Source: Candidatus Eiseniibacteriota bacterium (GTDB lineage Bacteria; Joyebacterota; Joyebacteria; Joyebacterales; Joyebacteraceae). Taken from it: a stretch of 41,621 nucleotides of DNA. Made by a program: the position numbers and the translations under genes. Where the stretch lies: NCBI GenBank assembly GCA_030609605.1, contig JAUWBY010000001.1:1-41621 (forward strand), written 5' to 3'. Under the pieces are notes generated by a model that ran no database searches, was not told where the DNA came from, and saw only the letters and a program-made list of their open reading frames with translations. Positions 18,366-27,602 of this stretch are shown piece after piece. How positions within the stretch are numbered: position 1 is the first letter of the stretch; each line of letters begins with the position of its first letter.

Positions 18366-19691
18366 CTAGATAAAGATATAGCGCAGGACGAAGAGAGCAG
18401 CAAGGAGATAAACCAGCCAGTGGACGTCTCTTGCCTTTCCCGACAGCGCCTTGATCAGCGGGTAGCTGATGAAACCAATGGCCAGGCCGTGCGCGATGCT
18501 CGAGGTCAGTGGCATGATAATCATCGTGAGAAACGCAGGAATGGCGTCTGAGTACTCGTCCCAGTCTATCCCCGCCACGCTCTTCATCATGAGACAGCCG
18601 ACTATGACGAGCGCCGGTGCCGTAACAGGATACAGGAACGCACCGGCAGCGGTCTCGTATCCGCCTCCGAACATCTGCGCGAGCGGGGCGAAGAAGAGAG
18701 CCGTGAGGAAGAGGCCCGCGGTGAAGATGTTCGCAAGACCGGTACGCGCTCCTGCGCTCACACCGGCCGCGCTTTCCACGAAGCTTGTCGTAGTTGATGT
18801 CCCCAGCGTCGCACCGATCATCGTGCCAACCGAATCCGACAACAGCGCCTGTGAGGCGCGCGGCAGCTTGCCATCCTTCATGAACCCGGCCCGCGTTCCC
18901 ACACCCACCAGTGTGCCGACCGTATCGAACATGTCGAAGAAGAGGAGAACGAAGATCGGGGTGAGGTACTCAATCCGGAGTGCGGCCAGCGGCTTCATTT
19001 TCATGAATGTCGGCGAGATGTCAGGCATGGCGAAAACGCCGGAGAACCGGATCAGCCCCGTCACGATCCCGGCCACGCCGGTGGTGAGAATCCCCCAGAA
19101 GATAGCACCCTTGACCTTGGCCGCCATCAATCCCGACGTCACCGCGAGCCCGAAGAGGGCGAGAAGCGTCGGCGGGCTGTGGAGGTCTCCGAGCGTCATG
19201 AGCGAGGCAGGATCAGACTGGATGATGCCGGCGTCCTTAAGACCGAGGAAAGCGATGAAGAGGCCGATGCCGGCGGCCGCGCCAAGCTTGAGCGCGTCCG
19301 GTATCGCATTCATGATCATCTCCCTGACTCTAACCAGAGTCAGCACCGTGAAGACGACCCCGGAGATGAACACGATGCCCAGGGCAACCTCCCAGGGCAC
19401 ACCCATCTTCCCACAGATGAGAAAACTGAAGTAGGCGTTGAGCCCCATGCCGGGGGCGAGTGCAATCGGGTAGTTGGCCAGGAAGGCCATCAGCAGCGAG
19501 GCCAGGGCCGCACTCACGCACGTCGCCGCCATGACAGCGCGAAAGTCCATCCCCGCTCCCCCGGCCGAGGAGAGTATCGCTGGGTTGACGAAGATGATGT
19601 ACGCCATGGCCATGAACGTCGTCGCACCACCGATGAATTCAGCCCTGACGGTGGTGCCGTTCTCACCAAGCCTGAAGACGCGATCGAGCAT
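18366..19691 (-). CDS. NCS2 (AzgA-type) adenine/guanine/hypoxanthine permease
   Basis: MLDRVFRL.ENGTTVRAE..GG.TTF..MAYI.FVNP.IL is the canonical AzgA N-terminus, followed by more than 12 TM segments. The 93 codons upstream (to 19970) are non-protein-like, so the start is set at ATG 19691. Confidence 0.85.
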   Translation of the reverse strand: MLDRVFRLGENGTTVRAEFIGGATTFMAMAYIIFVNPAILSSAGGAGMDFRAVMAATCVSAALASLLMAFLANYPIALAPGMGLNAYFSFLICGKMGVPWEVALGIVFISGVVFTVLTLVRVREMIMNAIPDALKLGAAAGIGLFIAFLGLKDAGIIQSDPASLMTLGDLHSPPTLLALFGLAVTSGLMAAKVKGAIFWGILTTGVAGIVTGLIRFSGVFAMPDISPTFMKMKPLAALRIEYLTPIFVLLFFDMFDTVGTLVGVGTRAGFMKDGKLPRASQALLSDSVGTMIGATLGTSTTTSFVESAAGVSAGARTGLANIFTAGLFLTALFFAPLAQMFGGGYETAAGAFLYPVTAPALVIVGCLMMKSVAGIDWDEYSDAIPAFLTMIIMPLTSSIAHGLAIGFISYPLIKALSGKARDVHWLVYLLAALFVLRYIFI

Positions 19692-19912
19692 CTGGTGCCT
19701 CCCGGGTTCGACTGTCCCCGAATCCTGCGCGGACGCGGTTCGCCCGGCAGTATAGGCAACTGGGCAAGAGGCACACAAGAGGAAAGCGGGTGGCCTCTCC
19801 CATGGAGACCACCCGCCGTTGGGGGGGAGCGAGCCGCCCTTGCCGCCGTTTACATACGGCAACCCTTGCGGTGCGACTCGCGCCGGTTCACTCGCTCGAA
19901 ACGAGTGACTTC

Positions 19913-20482
19913 CTAGATTCCCATTCCGCTGGGAACGGGCCGTGGAGGAACCGTGCCGCCGGGCATACACATCATGCGCCCACGGCCACCCATTGCGCCA
20001 CCCGGGCCGCGGTTCATGCCACCGCGACCGCCCATACCGCCATGACCCATCTGCATCCCGAAGCCCTTATCAAACAGCAACTTCTGGTCATCCGTCAGGA
20101 TCTTTCGGACCGCAACGTGCTGACGGATCCTTAGCTTCATCATCTCGGCGCGCTCTTTGGAGATGTCATCAATCATGCGCTCGAGCTTCCCGAAGTCGGG
20201 TTCGTCGCCCGTTATCAATTCGCGCATCTCAAGATGCATGACCTTGATCCGGTTGGAAAGCTCAACACGTTGTTCGTCGAAGCCGCTCCGGATCTCCTGC
20301 ATCTTCTCCTGCTGCGCCTCTGTGAACGCCGGCATCGCGCCCGGCCCCATCGCCGGACCGCCGCGCATGCCGCCGCCCATGGCTCCGCTCTGGAAACCTC
20401 TACCCGCGGTCGCCGGCACGGCTGCCATTGCTGCCATCGCCAGAGCGAGCATTACTACTATGAGGCCTTTCTTCCTGCTCAT
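19913..20482 (-). CDS. Spy/CpxP/ZraP-family periplasmic protein (LTXXQ motif, periplasmic heavy-metal-sensor type) with Gly/Met/His-rich ends
   Basis: Signal peptide (MSRKKGLIVVMLALAMAAMAAVPATA). Two LTXXQ-type motifs (FTEAQQEKM, LTDDQKLLF) flank a helical core. The tails are rich in G, M and H. Confidence 0.7.
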   Translation of the reverse strand: MSRKKGLIVVMLALAMAAMAAVPATAGRGFQSGAMGGGMRGGPAMGPGAMPAFTEAQQEKMQEIRSGFDEQRVELSNRIKVMHLEMRELITGDEPDFGKLERMIDDISKERAEMMKLRIRQHVAVRKILTDDQKLLFDKGFGMQMGHGGMGGRGGMNRGPGGAMGGRGRMMCMPGGTVPPRPVPSGMGI

Positions 20483-20616
20483 CGTCTTCTCCCTTCGGAA
20501 GTGGGAGGTCTCGCCTCCCGGATTCTTCTACTGTTTGGCTGTCCTTCCGGCCGGCATCGTCAGCCGCATGATATCTCGGAATGCCGGCCGGAGGAACTCT
20601 CTCACACCCCTTCTAC

Positions 20617-20632
20617 AGCAACCGAGGTGCCA
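20617..20632 (-). promoter_or_regulatory. Sigma54 (-24/-12) promoter for the Spy/ZraP-like gene
   Basis: Minus strand reads TGGCAC-CTCGG-TTGCT, a perfect match to TGGCAC-N5-TTGCW. Located in the 329-bp gap after the sigma54-dependent response regulator gene and about 135 nt upstream of the ATG at 20482. Confidence 0.65.
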
Positions 20633-20811
20633 ATCGTGTCGGAACGATGTAGAGCTCTCGTCTGTGCGACATAACATCTGATGGAACAGAACGTTACGCG
20701 ACTAGCTTTTTCGGATGAGACGTGCCCTGAAGACCAGGGAAGGACCTTGGCGTGAAGGAATTACCCACTTCGGGAGGTAGAGCGGCTTGGAGGTGCGCAG
20801 AATCTGCGCGG

Positions 20812-22152
20812 TCAGGATTCTATCTCGTACTCTCTGATCTTGTTCTGGAGAGTTCTGCGCGAAATGGCCAGGATCTTCGCCGCGTGAGTTCTGTTGCCCT
20901 CAGTCTGCGCGAGGGTCTTGATGATGATGTCACGCTCCATTTCGCGGATCGTCATACCCGTCTTTTCTCCGTCCACCTCGGAGTCTGGAATCGCCTGAAG
21001 CTTCGCTGGAAGTTGCTCGGGGAATACTGTCTCGCCACGAGATAGAACCACGGCACGGTGTATGGCGTTCTCGAGCTCCCGGACGTTCCCGGGCCAGTCG
21101 TAGTTCATCATGATTCGCATCGTCTTGGGTGACATCCTCTTCGGCTTCGTGCCTTTCTCGGCGTGCTTCTTGAGAAAGTGCTCCACGAGGAGCGGTATGT
21201 CCTCCTTGCGGTCCCGGAGCGGCGGTATGACAATGGTCACGACATTGAGTCGGAAATAGAGGTCTTCACGGAAGCTGCCGTCGACGACGGCAGCATCGAG
21301 ATCCCGATTGGTCGCGGCCACTATGCGGACGTCGACAGTGATATCGACCGATCCGCCCACGCGTTGAAGGGTGTGATCCTGCAGAAAACGGAGCAATTTG
21401 GCCTGTAGCTCGGACGACATGTCGCCGATCTCGTCCAGGAAGATGGTCCCGCCCACCGCCAGCTCGAACCGCCCCCGCTTCTGCCGACCAGCGCCGGTAA
21501 AAGCGCCCTTCTCGTGGCCGAACAACTCGCTCTCGAGAAGACCTCCTGGAATGGCCGAACAGTTCACGGCCACAAACGGCTTGTGTTCGCGTGGGCTCGC
21601 CCGGTGTACCTCGTGCGCTATGAGCTCCTTGCCTGTCCCGCTCTCGCCGAGGATGAGAACCGCGGCATCGCTCGTGGCGACGCGGCGAGTCAGCTCCAAC
21701 ACCTCCCGCATTGCGACGCTCGTCCCGATGATCTCACTCGAGGGCTTGATCTCGGGCGGCTTCTCCTCAGTCACCCCGGACGACTCATCGGTGAATCTCG
21801 ACACAACCGAACGGACCTCGTCGATATCTATCGGCTTCGTGATGTAGTCAAATGCCCCGAGCTTCATGGCCTCGACCGCGGTCTCAACCGACGCATAGGC
21901 CGTCATCATGATGATGCCGCAGTCCGGACTCGCCTTCTTCATCCGTCCCAGAGCCTCAATGCCATTGATACCCGGCATCCGGATGTCCATTATGACCAGG
22001 TCGTGAAACCCGCCCGCCAACTTCTCGACGCCGCTCTCCCCGTCGGGAGCGACCTCTACCTCATGACCATCGCTCTCGAGCACGGCCTTGAGAAGCTCAC
22101 GCACACTCGACTGGTCATCAACCACAAGAATTCTGAGGCGATTCTCCACCAT
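20812..22152 (-). CDS. Sigma54-dependent response regulator (NtrC/ZraR/AtoC-type: REC + AAA+ + Fis HTH)
   Basis: REC domain (ILVVDDQ...[11 protein letters not shown]), Walker A GESGTGKE, the GAFTGA sigma54-contact motif, Walker [19 protein letters not shown] and a C-terminal HTH ([17 protein letters not shown]). Start set at ATG 22152 (AGGGGAG SD); the ORF is open to GTG 22197. Confidence 0.9.
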   Translation of the reverse strand: MVENRLRILVVDDQSSVRELLKAVLESDGHEVEVAPDGESGVEKLAGGFHDLVIMDIRMPGINGIEALGRMKKASPDCGIIMMTAYASVETAVEAMKLGAFDYITKPIDIDEVRSVVSRFTDESSGVTEEKPPEIKPSSEIIGTSVAMREVLELTRRVATSDAAVLILGESGTGKELIAHEVHRASPREHKPFVAVNCSAIPGGLLESELFGHEKGAFTGAGRQKRGRFELAVGGTIFLDEIGDMSSELQAKLLRFLQDHTLQRVGGSVDITVDVRIVAATNRDLDAAVVDGSFREDLYFRLNVVTIVIPPLRDRKEDIPLLVEHFLKKHAEKGTKPKRMSPKTMRIMMNYDWPGNVRELENAIHRAVVLSRGETVFPEQLPAKLQAIPDSEVDGEKTGMTIREMERDIIIKTLAQTEGNRTHAAKILAISRRTLQNKIREYEIES

Positions 22153-22223
22153 CCGGACATGCTCCCCTATGCGATCCGATGCCGGCTGCTCCGGCACTCC
22201 ACGCTGCCCTGACAGGGCAGCCG

Positions 22224-24071
22224 CTAGCGCGAACCTGTACCCGGTTCCCCGCGCGAAGCTCTGAACACCATAGAGAACGTAGTCCCCTTCCCCTTTTCGC
22301 TCACGACATGGATGTGCCCGGCGTTCTGCTCGACGAGTCGCGAGACTATCGTCAATCCAAGACCGGTCCCGGTCGGCTTCGTCGTGTAGAACGGTTCGAA
22401 CAGCTTCGTGAGGTCCTCCTCGCTCATTCCCTCGCCTGTATCTGCGATATCGATGGCGACCTGCTCCGGCTGTTCGCCTGCGGTCGCGGCGGTCGCGCTA
22501 TCCTCGGGAACAACGATTCTCGTCTTCACCGTAAGCGTCCCGCCGTCCCTCATCGCTTCCATGCCGTTCAGAAGCACGTTGAGGAGCGCCTGGCGCACCT
22601 GCCTCGAATCCACGAGGATGCGCGGTAGCCCGTCAGGCAGGTCGGTGACGATTCTGACGTTCTTGAAATCCGCGTCCTCCGACACGAGCGAGAGCGCGTC
22701 CTCGACGATCGCGTTCGTATCGCCCGGACGGATCTCGGCAACGACGGGCTTCGCGAAATCAAGCAGCTCCTGCACAACTCGATCGAGTCGCTCAACCTCC
22801 TCGATCATGATATCGGAGTATCGCTCTTCCTCGGAGCCCGGGCTGAACTTGCCGCGAAGGAACTGCGCGAATCCCTTGATCGAGCTGAGGGGATTCCGCA
22901 CTTCGTGGGCCACGCCGGCCGCCAGCCTGCCAAGGGAGGCCAGGTGACGCCCTCGCTCCAGCTCGGCCTTGAGCGCCTCGATCTCGCGCAGGTCCTGGTA
23001 GAGCAGAACCGTTCCCGCTCGCTCACCGTCCTCGTCACGGAGTAGCGATGCGCTGACCGAGACGGGGATCTTCTCCCCCGCTACCACGGCTGTCGCCTCC
23101 ACTTCAGCTATGTCCTTCTCACCCCGAAGCACCAGATCCACTCCCGCCCGCTCGGGACCCGGCTCGAGACCGGCCACGCCATCAAGGCCTCGGCCGGCGA
23201 CCTTCGCGTTGCCCAGTCCGAACAGGGCACGTGCCCGGGAGTTGATGGTCACAACACGACCGTCGGCGTCGACGGATACCAGCCCGTTCGCCATGCTCTC
23301 TATGACGTTGTCCGTATATGTGCGCATATTCGCAAGCGCCGTCTGCGTCGAGCGGTATGCGGACACCACGAAGAGGAAGTAGATGGCCGCTCCGCCAACG
23401 ATGGTCAGGATAATGCCGAGCAGGACAGTGCGATTGCGAGAGAGAAGGAACGTCTTCTCTATCTCCGTGGGGTCGAGCGCCACGACGCCGTAGAGACGTG
23501 TTGGATGCAACAGGTCGATCGGCCTCCCCAGAAGCTCGGACAGGCGTCTGGCGACAGCCTCTATGTTACAGGGCGGCCTCATCCTGTGGCCGAACCTCGG
23601 TGGCGGCCTCTCACAGAGCATCGCGGGATGTATGTCGAAGGCCGTCACGTACTGTTGAAGAGTATGCCCGCCAATAGTGACGCGCTTCCTGCGGATGGGT
23701 GACGCATCAGGCCCATCTTGCCCCGGCAACCACCCGATGTGAGGCGCTCCGACCATTGCAGTATCGCTGTGTGCGACGACGGTTCCGTCGAAATCGAGAA
23801 GGGCCAGGTACTCAGCCTGGCCGCGGTTGGCAGCCTCGGAGAGAAAGAACTCAAGACGTGACAGCTGCCATCGTGGCGAGACGAGTTCGGTTCTGAGATC
23901 GGTACTCAGGAACATGAGCATGGCCCCGGCCTTGCGCTCCAGTCCGTCCGCCACGTGCTGCCGCCCCCTATCGATGTCGCGCATCGAAGTGAACACGACC
24001 ACGGCCGCGACGACGAAAACCCCGATGATGATCGACGTGATGGGAATGTAAGTGTTTCGGAACGTTCTCAA
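22224..24071 (-). CDS. Sensor histidine kinase (two TM segments with periplasmic loop, PAS, HisKA, HATPase_c)
   Basis: H-box HEVRNPLSSIKGFAQFL, N-box LLNVLLNGMEAM, G-boxes DTGEGM and GTGLGL, and two TM helices flanking a region of about 190 aa. The annotated start is a TTG at 24071, so the start is uncertain. Confidence 0.85.
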   Translation of the reverse strand: MRTFRNTYIPITSIIIGVFVVAAVVVFTSMRDIDRGRQHVADGLERKAGAMLMFLSTDLRTELVSPRWQLSRLEFFLSEAANRGQAEYLALLDFDGTVVAHSDTAMVGAPHIGWLPGQDGPDASPIRRKRVTIGGHTLQQYVTAFDIHPAMLCERPPPRFGHRMRPPCNIEAVARRLSELLGRPIDLLHPTRLYGVVALDPTEIEKTFLLSRNRTVLLGIILTIVGGAAIYFLFVVSAYRSTQTALANMRTYTDNVIESMANGLVSVDADGRVVTINSRARALFGLGNAKVAGRGLDGVAGLEPGPERAGVDLVLRGEKDIAEVEATAVVAGEKIPVSVSASLLRDEDGERAGTVLLYQDLREIEALKAELERGRHLASLGRLAAGVAHEVRNPLSSIKGFAQFLRGKFSPGSEEERYSDIMIEEVERLDRVVQELLDFAKPVVAEIRPGDTNAIVEDALSLVSEDADFKNVRIVTDLPDGLPRILVDSRQVRQALLNVLLNGMEAMRDGGTLTVKTRIVVPEDSATAATAGEQPEQVAIDIADTGEGMSEEDLTKLFEPFYTTKPTGTGLGLTIVSRLVEQNAGHIHVVSEKGKGTTFSMVFRASRGEPGTGSR

Positions 24072-24251
24072 GAAGGACTCCGGGTCGACGGTCTTTCGGT
24101 CCCTTCATACATTGCCCGCGACGGCCAACAGGCCGCCGCAGAGCGTGGCAAAGCAGTGTTTTATTAGACACCACGAAAGCTGCGAAGAGCAAGAACAATC
24201 GCGGCAAGCGCGAGGCGCGGACAGCAGGTTCAGTTCAGAAGATGTGGTGTA

Positions 24252-25064
24252 TCAGTACTCACGGAGCGTCCCGGTGACCCTGGCGTGATCGCAACCGCGC
24301 CTGAGGACCACGAGACCCACCACCACCGAGACGGCAGCCGAAATGAGGAGAAAAACGAGATGCGTGGCGGTGCCGGCGTCGTGAACCGGCCCGCGAAACC
24401 CAGCGCGGGCCACCGGAAGAACGTGCGACGTCGGAAGCATCCACGCCACTCTCCGCAACCAGACCGGGAGAAGAGATACGGGGAAGTAGACACCGCCCAA
24501 CAGCCCCGAGAGCGCTCCAAACGCCCACGACACAGGTTCTCCCTCTTTGAAGACCGTCGTGAGTCCGGCCGAGATGAATCCGATCCCACACATCGTCAGA
24601 GAATAGAGGACCACTGCCGTCAGCGCCGGGAGTGTGACCGGAATCGTCACACCCAGAAGACCTGAGACAATCACAGCCAGTCCGAGCGCCACCCCCTGAG
24701 CGATCATGATCTCCGACAGCCCCGCAAGGAGCACGAGCAAGGCAACGGGCCTGCCGCTCGATACGAGTTGCTCGAACGTGCCCTGTAGTTGTTCCCGCCT
24801 GACCGTCTTACGGAAGGCATGCAGCCCGGAAGCAGAAACACCGTGCACGACTACGCCGATGAGTGCGAAGGCCGTGTAGGTCATTCCCACTTCGTCCTCG
24901 AAACCGGACCCCGCCAGCTCTACGACCCTTCCCACAAACAGGAAGGTGATGGCAGACAGGAGAAGTGATGCAAATCCCAGAAACAGTTTTGACCGGTAGC
25001 TTGCATAGGTCGCGACGCTCCTGACGACAAACGCCCAGCCGAGATTGATGACATCCCGCGACAT
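24252..25064 (-). CDS. ABC-2 type transporter permease
   Basis: ATG at 25064 overlaps the ATPase stop by 1 nt (TGATG). About six TM helices in 270 aa, which is ABC-2-like topology. The longer ORF to 25259 is Arg-rich and non-protein-like. Confidence 0.65.
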   Translation of the reverse strand: MSRDVINLGWAFVVRSVATYASYRSKLFLGFASLLLSAITFLFVGRVVELAGSGFEDEVGMTYTAFALIGVVVHGVSASGLHAFRKTVRREQLQGTFEQLVSSGRPVALLVLLAGLSEIMIAQGVALGLAVIVSGLLGVTIPVTLPALTAVVLYSLTMCGIGFISAGLTTVFKEGEPVSWAFGALSGLLGGVYFPVSLLPVWLRRVAWMLPTSHVLPVARAGFRGPVHDAGTATHLVFLLISAAVSVVVGLVVLRRGCDHARVTGTLREY

Positions 25065-25780
25065 CACGAGTGCTCCACAGACGGCTGAGCGGCCACCGGC
25101 TGCTGCAACAGCTCGGGCGACGAGATGGAATCGGATCCGGGTGATGGCAACTCGACGACCTGGTCGCAGAAGCGCGATCCCTCCATTCTGTGAGTCGCCA
25201 TCACTAGAGCGCACCCGTCGCGCAGTCTTCGCTCGATCGCGGAACACACGAGAGCGCACCCGGTGACGTCCAGAGAGGCGAACGGTTCGTCAAGAAGAAG
25301 GAGCGATGGAGTGCCGAGGAAAGCTCTCGCCACGGCCAGCCGCGCGCCCGTTCCCCTGGACAGTCGCCCGGCGCGCATATTCAGCCATGGTTCCAGATCC
25401 AGTTCGTCCACAACGCAGTCCATGGCAGAGGACAGCTCTCTGCCCCAAAGCCCGGCCAGACGCCCGAAGAACGTGAGATTCATCCTTGCGGTCAGCCTTA
25501 CGTAGAACGAGCGTTCGGCGCCCAGAGAGACTCCGACACGGCGTCGAACATGCGTCGATGCGTGCCTCACGTCGAAGCCGCAGACGATGGCCGACCCGCA
25601 CGATGGCATCAGGAGACCGGCCGCGATACGGAGCGCCGTGCTCTTCCCGGCTCCGTTCGGACCGACGAGAGCGATCGCCTCCCCCGCTGCTACCGTGAAG
25701 CTGAGATCTCTCAGTGCGTCCAGCCGTTGCCCGCGACGCCGGAACTGCTTCCCGACATCGGAGAACTCCACGATCCTCAT
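25064..25780 (-). CDS. ABC transporter ATP-binding protein
   Basis: Walker A GPNGAGKST, signature-like LSRGTGARL, Walker B LLLLDEPF, H-loop ATHR. ATG at 25780 has a GGAGAGG SD. Confidence 0.85.
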   Translation of the reverse strand: MRIVEFSDVGKQFRRRGQRLDALRDLSFTVAAGEAIALVGPNGAGKSTALRIAAGLLMPSCGSAIVCGFDVRHASTHVRRRVGVSLGAERSFYVRLTARMNLTFFGRLAGLWGRELSSAMDCVVDELDLEPWLNMRAGRLSRGTGARLAVARAFLGTPSLLLLDEPFASLDVTGCALVCSAIERRLRDGCALVMATHRMEGSRFCDQVVELPSPGSDSISSPELLQQPVAAQPSVEHS

Positions 25781-25817
25781 CGGTTCCTCTCCGTCGATCC
25801 GATGGATCTTCCCCCCC

Positions 25818-27206
25818 TCATCGCTCCTCCTCATCCACCACCGTGCGGAACTCCCACGCCCCGACACTCCGTGTGCTCGCGCTCACGATGATGAGATCAT
25901 CTTGGCCGTCGCCGTTCACGTCGCATACGAGCACATCGGATGCCCCCACGCCATCGGGAAGAGCGACGATCGCTTCGCCTGTCCCACGCGCCAGCACTCC
26001 GACGCGTCGCTCGTGCCAAGCCACGATACACGGCACGACGCCTCCGTCCAATCCGGCGGCCGCCAGTTCGACGAGCACCGGCGCATCGTAGACATCACCC
26101 CCGATATCGAGTTCCCAGACACGCTTCTTCCACTTGGGCGTCGCCGCATACAACAGGCCGTCACTGCAGCCAAAGATGAGTTCACTGCCGGTTGAACCGT
26201 CCACGTCGACAGACAGCATCTCGCCTATCGGTTCCCCGGTCCTTGCGATCGCGTTTCTGATGAAGCGCGGCAGCCGTCTCTTTGCGAGCACTTCCTTGTG
26301 AGACTCGTTCCCGAACCGCATGCGAACCAGTTCATCACCCGTCTCCCCATCTAGGACAACAAGTGCGCCGGCGAAGCAACCGACGGCGACTTCGTTGTAT
26401 CCGTCACCCGTCAGATCCGCAACAACGGGCAGATTGCTGGCGACACCTTCAGGGTACATGCGACCCTTCTCTCCCAGCTTCGAGTCCCAGAGATCCTCGC
26501 CGGCCGATGAGACACAGGTGAGGACGTTTGCGTTCTCCACAACCAGGATCTCTGACGTTCCGTCCCCGTCGATGTCGGCGCAAATGAGTTTCGACAATCC
26601 ATCCCCAAACACGCTGCCGTCGTGCGGAGTCGTTCTTCTCCAACGCTCGACCAATCCGGGAAGTCCTATGGCCACAAGATCGTCGCCCTCATCGCCGCGG
26701 ACGGTCAGAACGATGACCTGCTCTCCGTATGTCGTTCGCACAATACCAACGTCACGAACCTTCCCCGATAGCTCACACCCAGCGAGAGCCTCGCCCGTCG
26801 CACCGCTCTGAACCAGGACCCTGTGCCCAGAACACCTCACGACCTCCTCCCCCGGGGACGCGAGGAGATCGGCCGTGAGCGTGCCGGCCGGATCCGTGTA
26901 TGCGACACGCCAGATCTCAGCTCCGGATTCAAGCTCGAGGGCGACCACTGTGGAGGATTCCCTCCCCTTTCCCATTGTCACGAGAACCTCGCGAATCCCG
27001 TCCCCGTCGAGATCCACAAGAAGCGCGTCGGCGATGTTTGCCCCTGAAATATCGAGGCTCGTCGCCCACAGCTCGCCTAGAGTCACTGCGCCGGCATCAA
27101 CCTGCGCCGCGGTGAGTGCCCCGGCGCACAGGATTGCCGCGATGGTGACAACACATGTCGATCGCCTCGCTACGCCCTCCGCAGAACACCCACCCACGGC
27201 TCTCAT
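25818..27206 (-). CDS. Secreted FG-GAP/VCBS-repeat beta-propeller protein
   Basis: Signal peptide, then five DxDxDG-type repeats: VDLDGDGIRE, ADIDGDGTSE, ADLTGDGYNE, VDVDGSTGSE, CDVNGDGQDD. The AGGAGGA SD overlaps the stop of the preceding peptide gene. Confidence 0.7.
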   Translation of the reverse strand: MRAVGGCSAEGVARRSTCVVTIAAILCAGALTAAQVDAGAVTLGELWATSLDISGANIADALLVDLDGDGIREVLVTMGKGRESSTVVALELESGAEIWRVAYTDPAGTLTADLLASPGEEVVRCSGHRVLVQSGATGEALAGCELSGKVRDVGIVRTTYGEQVIVLTVRGDEGDDLVAIGLPGLVERWRRTTPHDGSVFGDGLSKLICADIDGDGTSEILVVENANVLTCVSSAGEDLWDSKLGEKGRMYPEGVASNLPVVADLTGDGYNEVAVGCFAGALVVLDGETGDELVRMRFGNESHKEVLAKRRLPRFIRNAIARTGEPIGEMLSVDVDGSTGSELIFGCSDGLLYAATPKWKKRVWELDIGGDVYDAPVLVELAAAGLDGGVVPCIVAWHERRVGVLARGTGEAIVALPDGVGASDVLVCDVNGDGQDDLIIVSASTRSVGAWEFRTVVDEEER

Positions 27207-27215
27207 CTCTTCCTC

Positions 27216-27383
27216 CTAGTAGTCGACGAGACAGACGTCTCTGTTGCCGCAGCTGCCGAAATCGAACCCGCACTGATCGACAGAACCGCAGTCTCCCCAG
27301 TCAATGAAGATGTAGCACAGGAGCGAATCCGGTGCTGCACCCGACGAATCTGAACCGCTGTTCGCCAGCCTGAGATGATTCAT
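27216..27383 (-). CDS. Putative RiPP precursor peptide B (55 aa)
   Basis: ATG at 27383 with GGAAGGAG upstream. Translation MNHLRLANSGSDSSGAAPDSLL-CYIFIDWGDCGSVDQCGFDFGSCGNRDVCLVDY. Paralogous to peptide A, with five Cys each followed by Asp 3-5 residues later. Confidence 0.55.
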   Translation of the reverse strand: MNHLRLANSGSDSSGAAPDSLLCYIFIDWGDCGSVDQCGFDFGSCGNRDVCLVDY

Positions 27384-27420
27384 CCCTTGATCTCCTTCCC
27401 GCACGCGGCTGTCCATACAC

Positions 27421-27591
27421 CTACCCCGTGTCAATGAAGCAGTTATCATGCTGCTCACATCCGCACCCTGCATCCAGGATCCAGCAGAGATCCGACGAAG
27501 GACACTGCGAGTAATCGACGAAACATATCTCGCTCACGTCCGACTTCGCCGCGACTTCAGCCGCCCCTCTGATGCCGTTCGCCAGCTTCAT
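27421..27591 (-). CDS. Putative RiPP precursor peptide A (56 aa)
   Basis: ATG at 27591, 11 nt after the radical SAM gene stop, with GGTGAGG upstream. Translation MKLANGIRGAAEVAAKSDVSEI-CFVDYSQCPSSDLCWILDAGCGCEQHDNCFIDTG. Six Cys residues. Confidence 0.55.
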   Translation of the reverse strand: MKLANGIRGAAEVAAKSDVSEICFVDYSQCPSSDLCWILDAGCGCEQHDNCFIDTG

Positions 27592-27602
27592 GTGCTTCAA
27601 CC

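Noticed and set aside
18469-19434. 321-aa + strand ORF
   Set aside because: It is antisense to the NCS2 permease and has an Ala/Pro/Ser/Arg-rich low-complexity translation.
19692-19912. 221-nt leader upstream of the purine permease, examined for a purine riboswitch
   Set aside because: I could not recognise the conserved J1/2, J2/3 or loop-loop motifs of the purine riboswitch. I saw only generic hairpins: TCACTCG/CGAGTGA just after the upstream stop, and GGGTGG...CCACCC. An Rfam scan would be needed to settle this.
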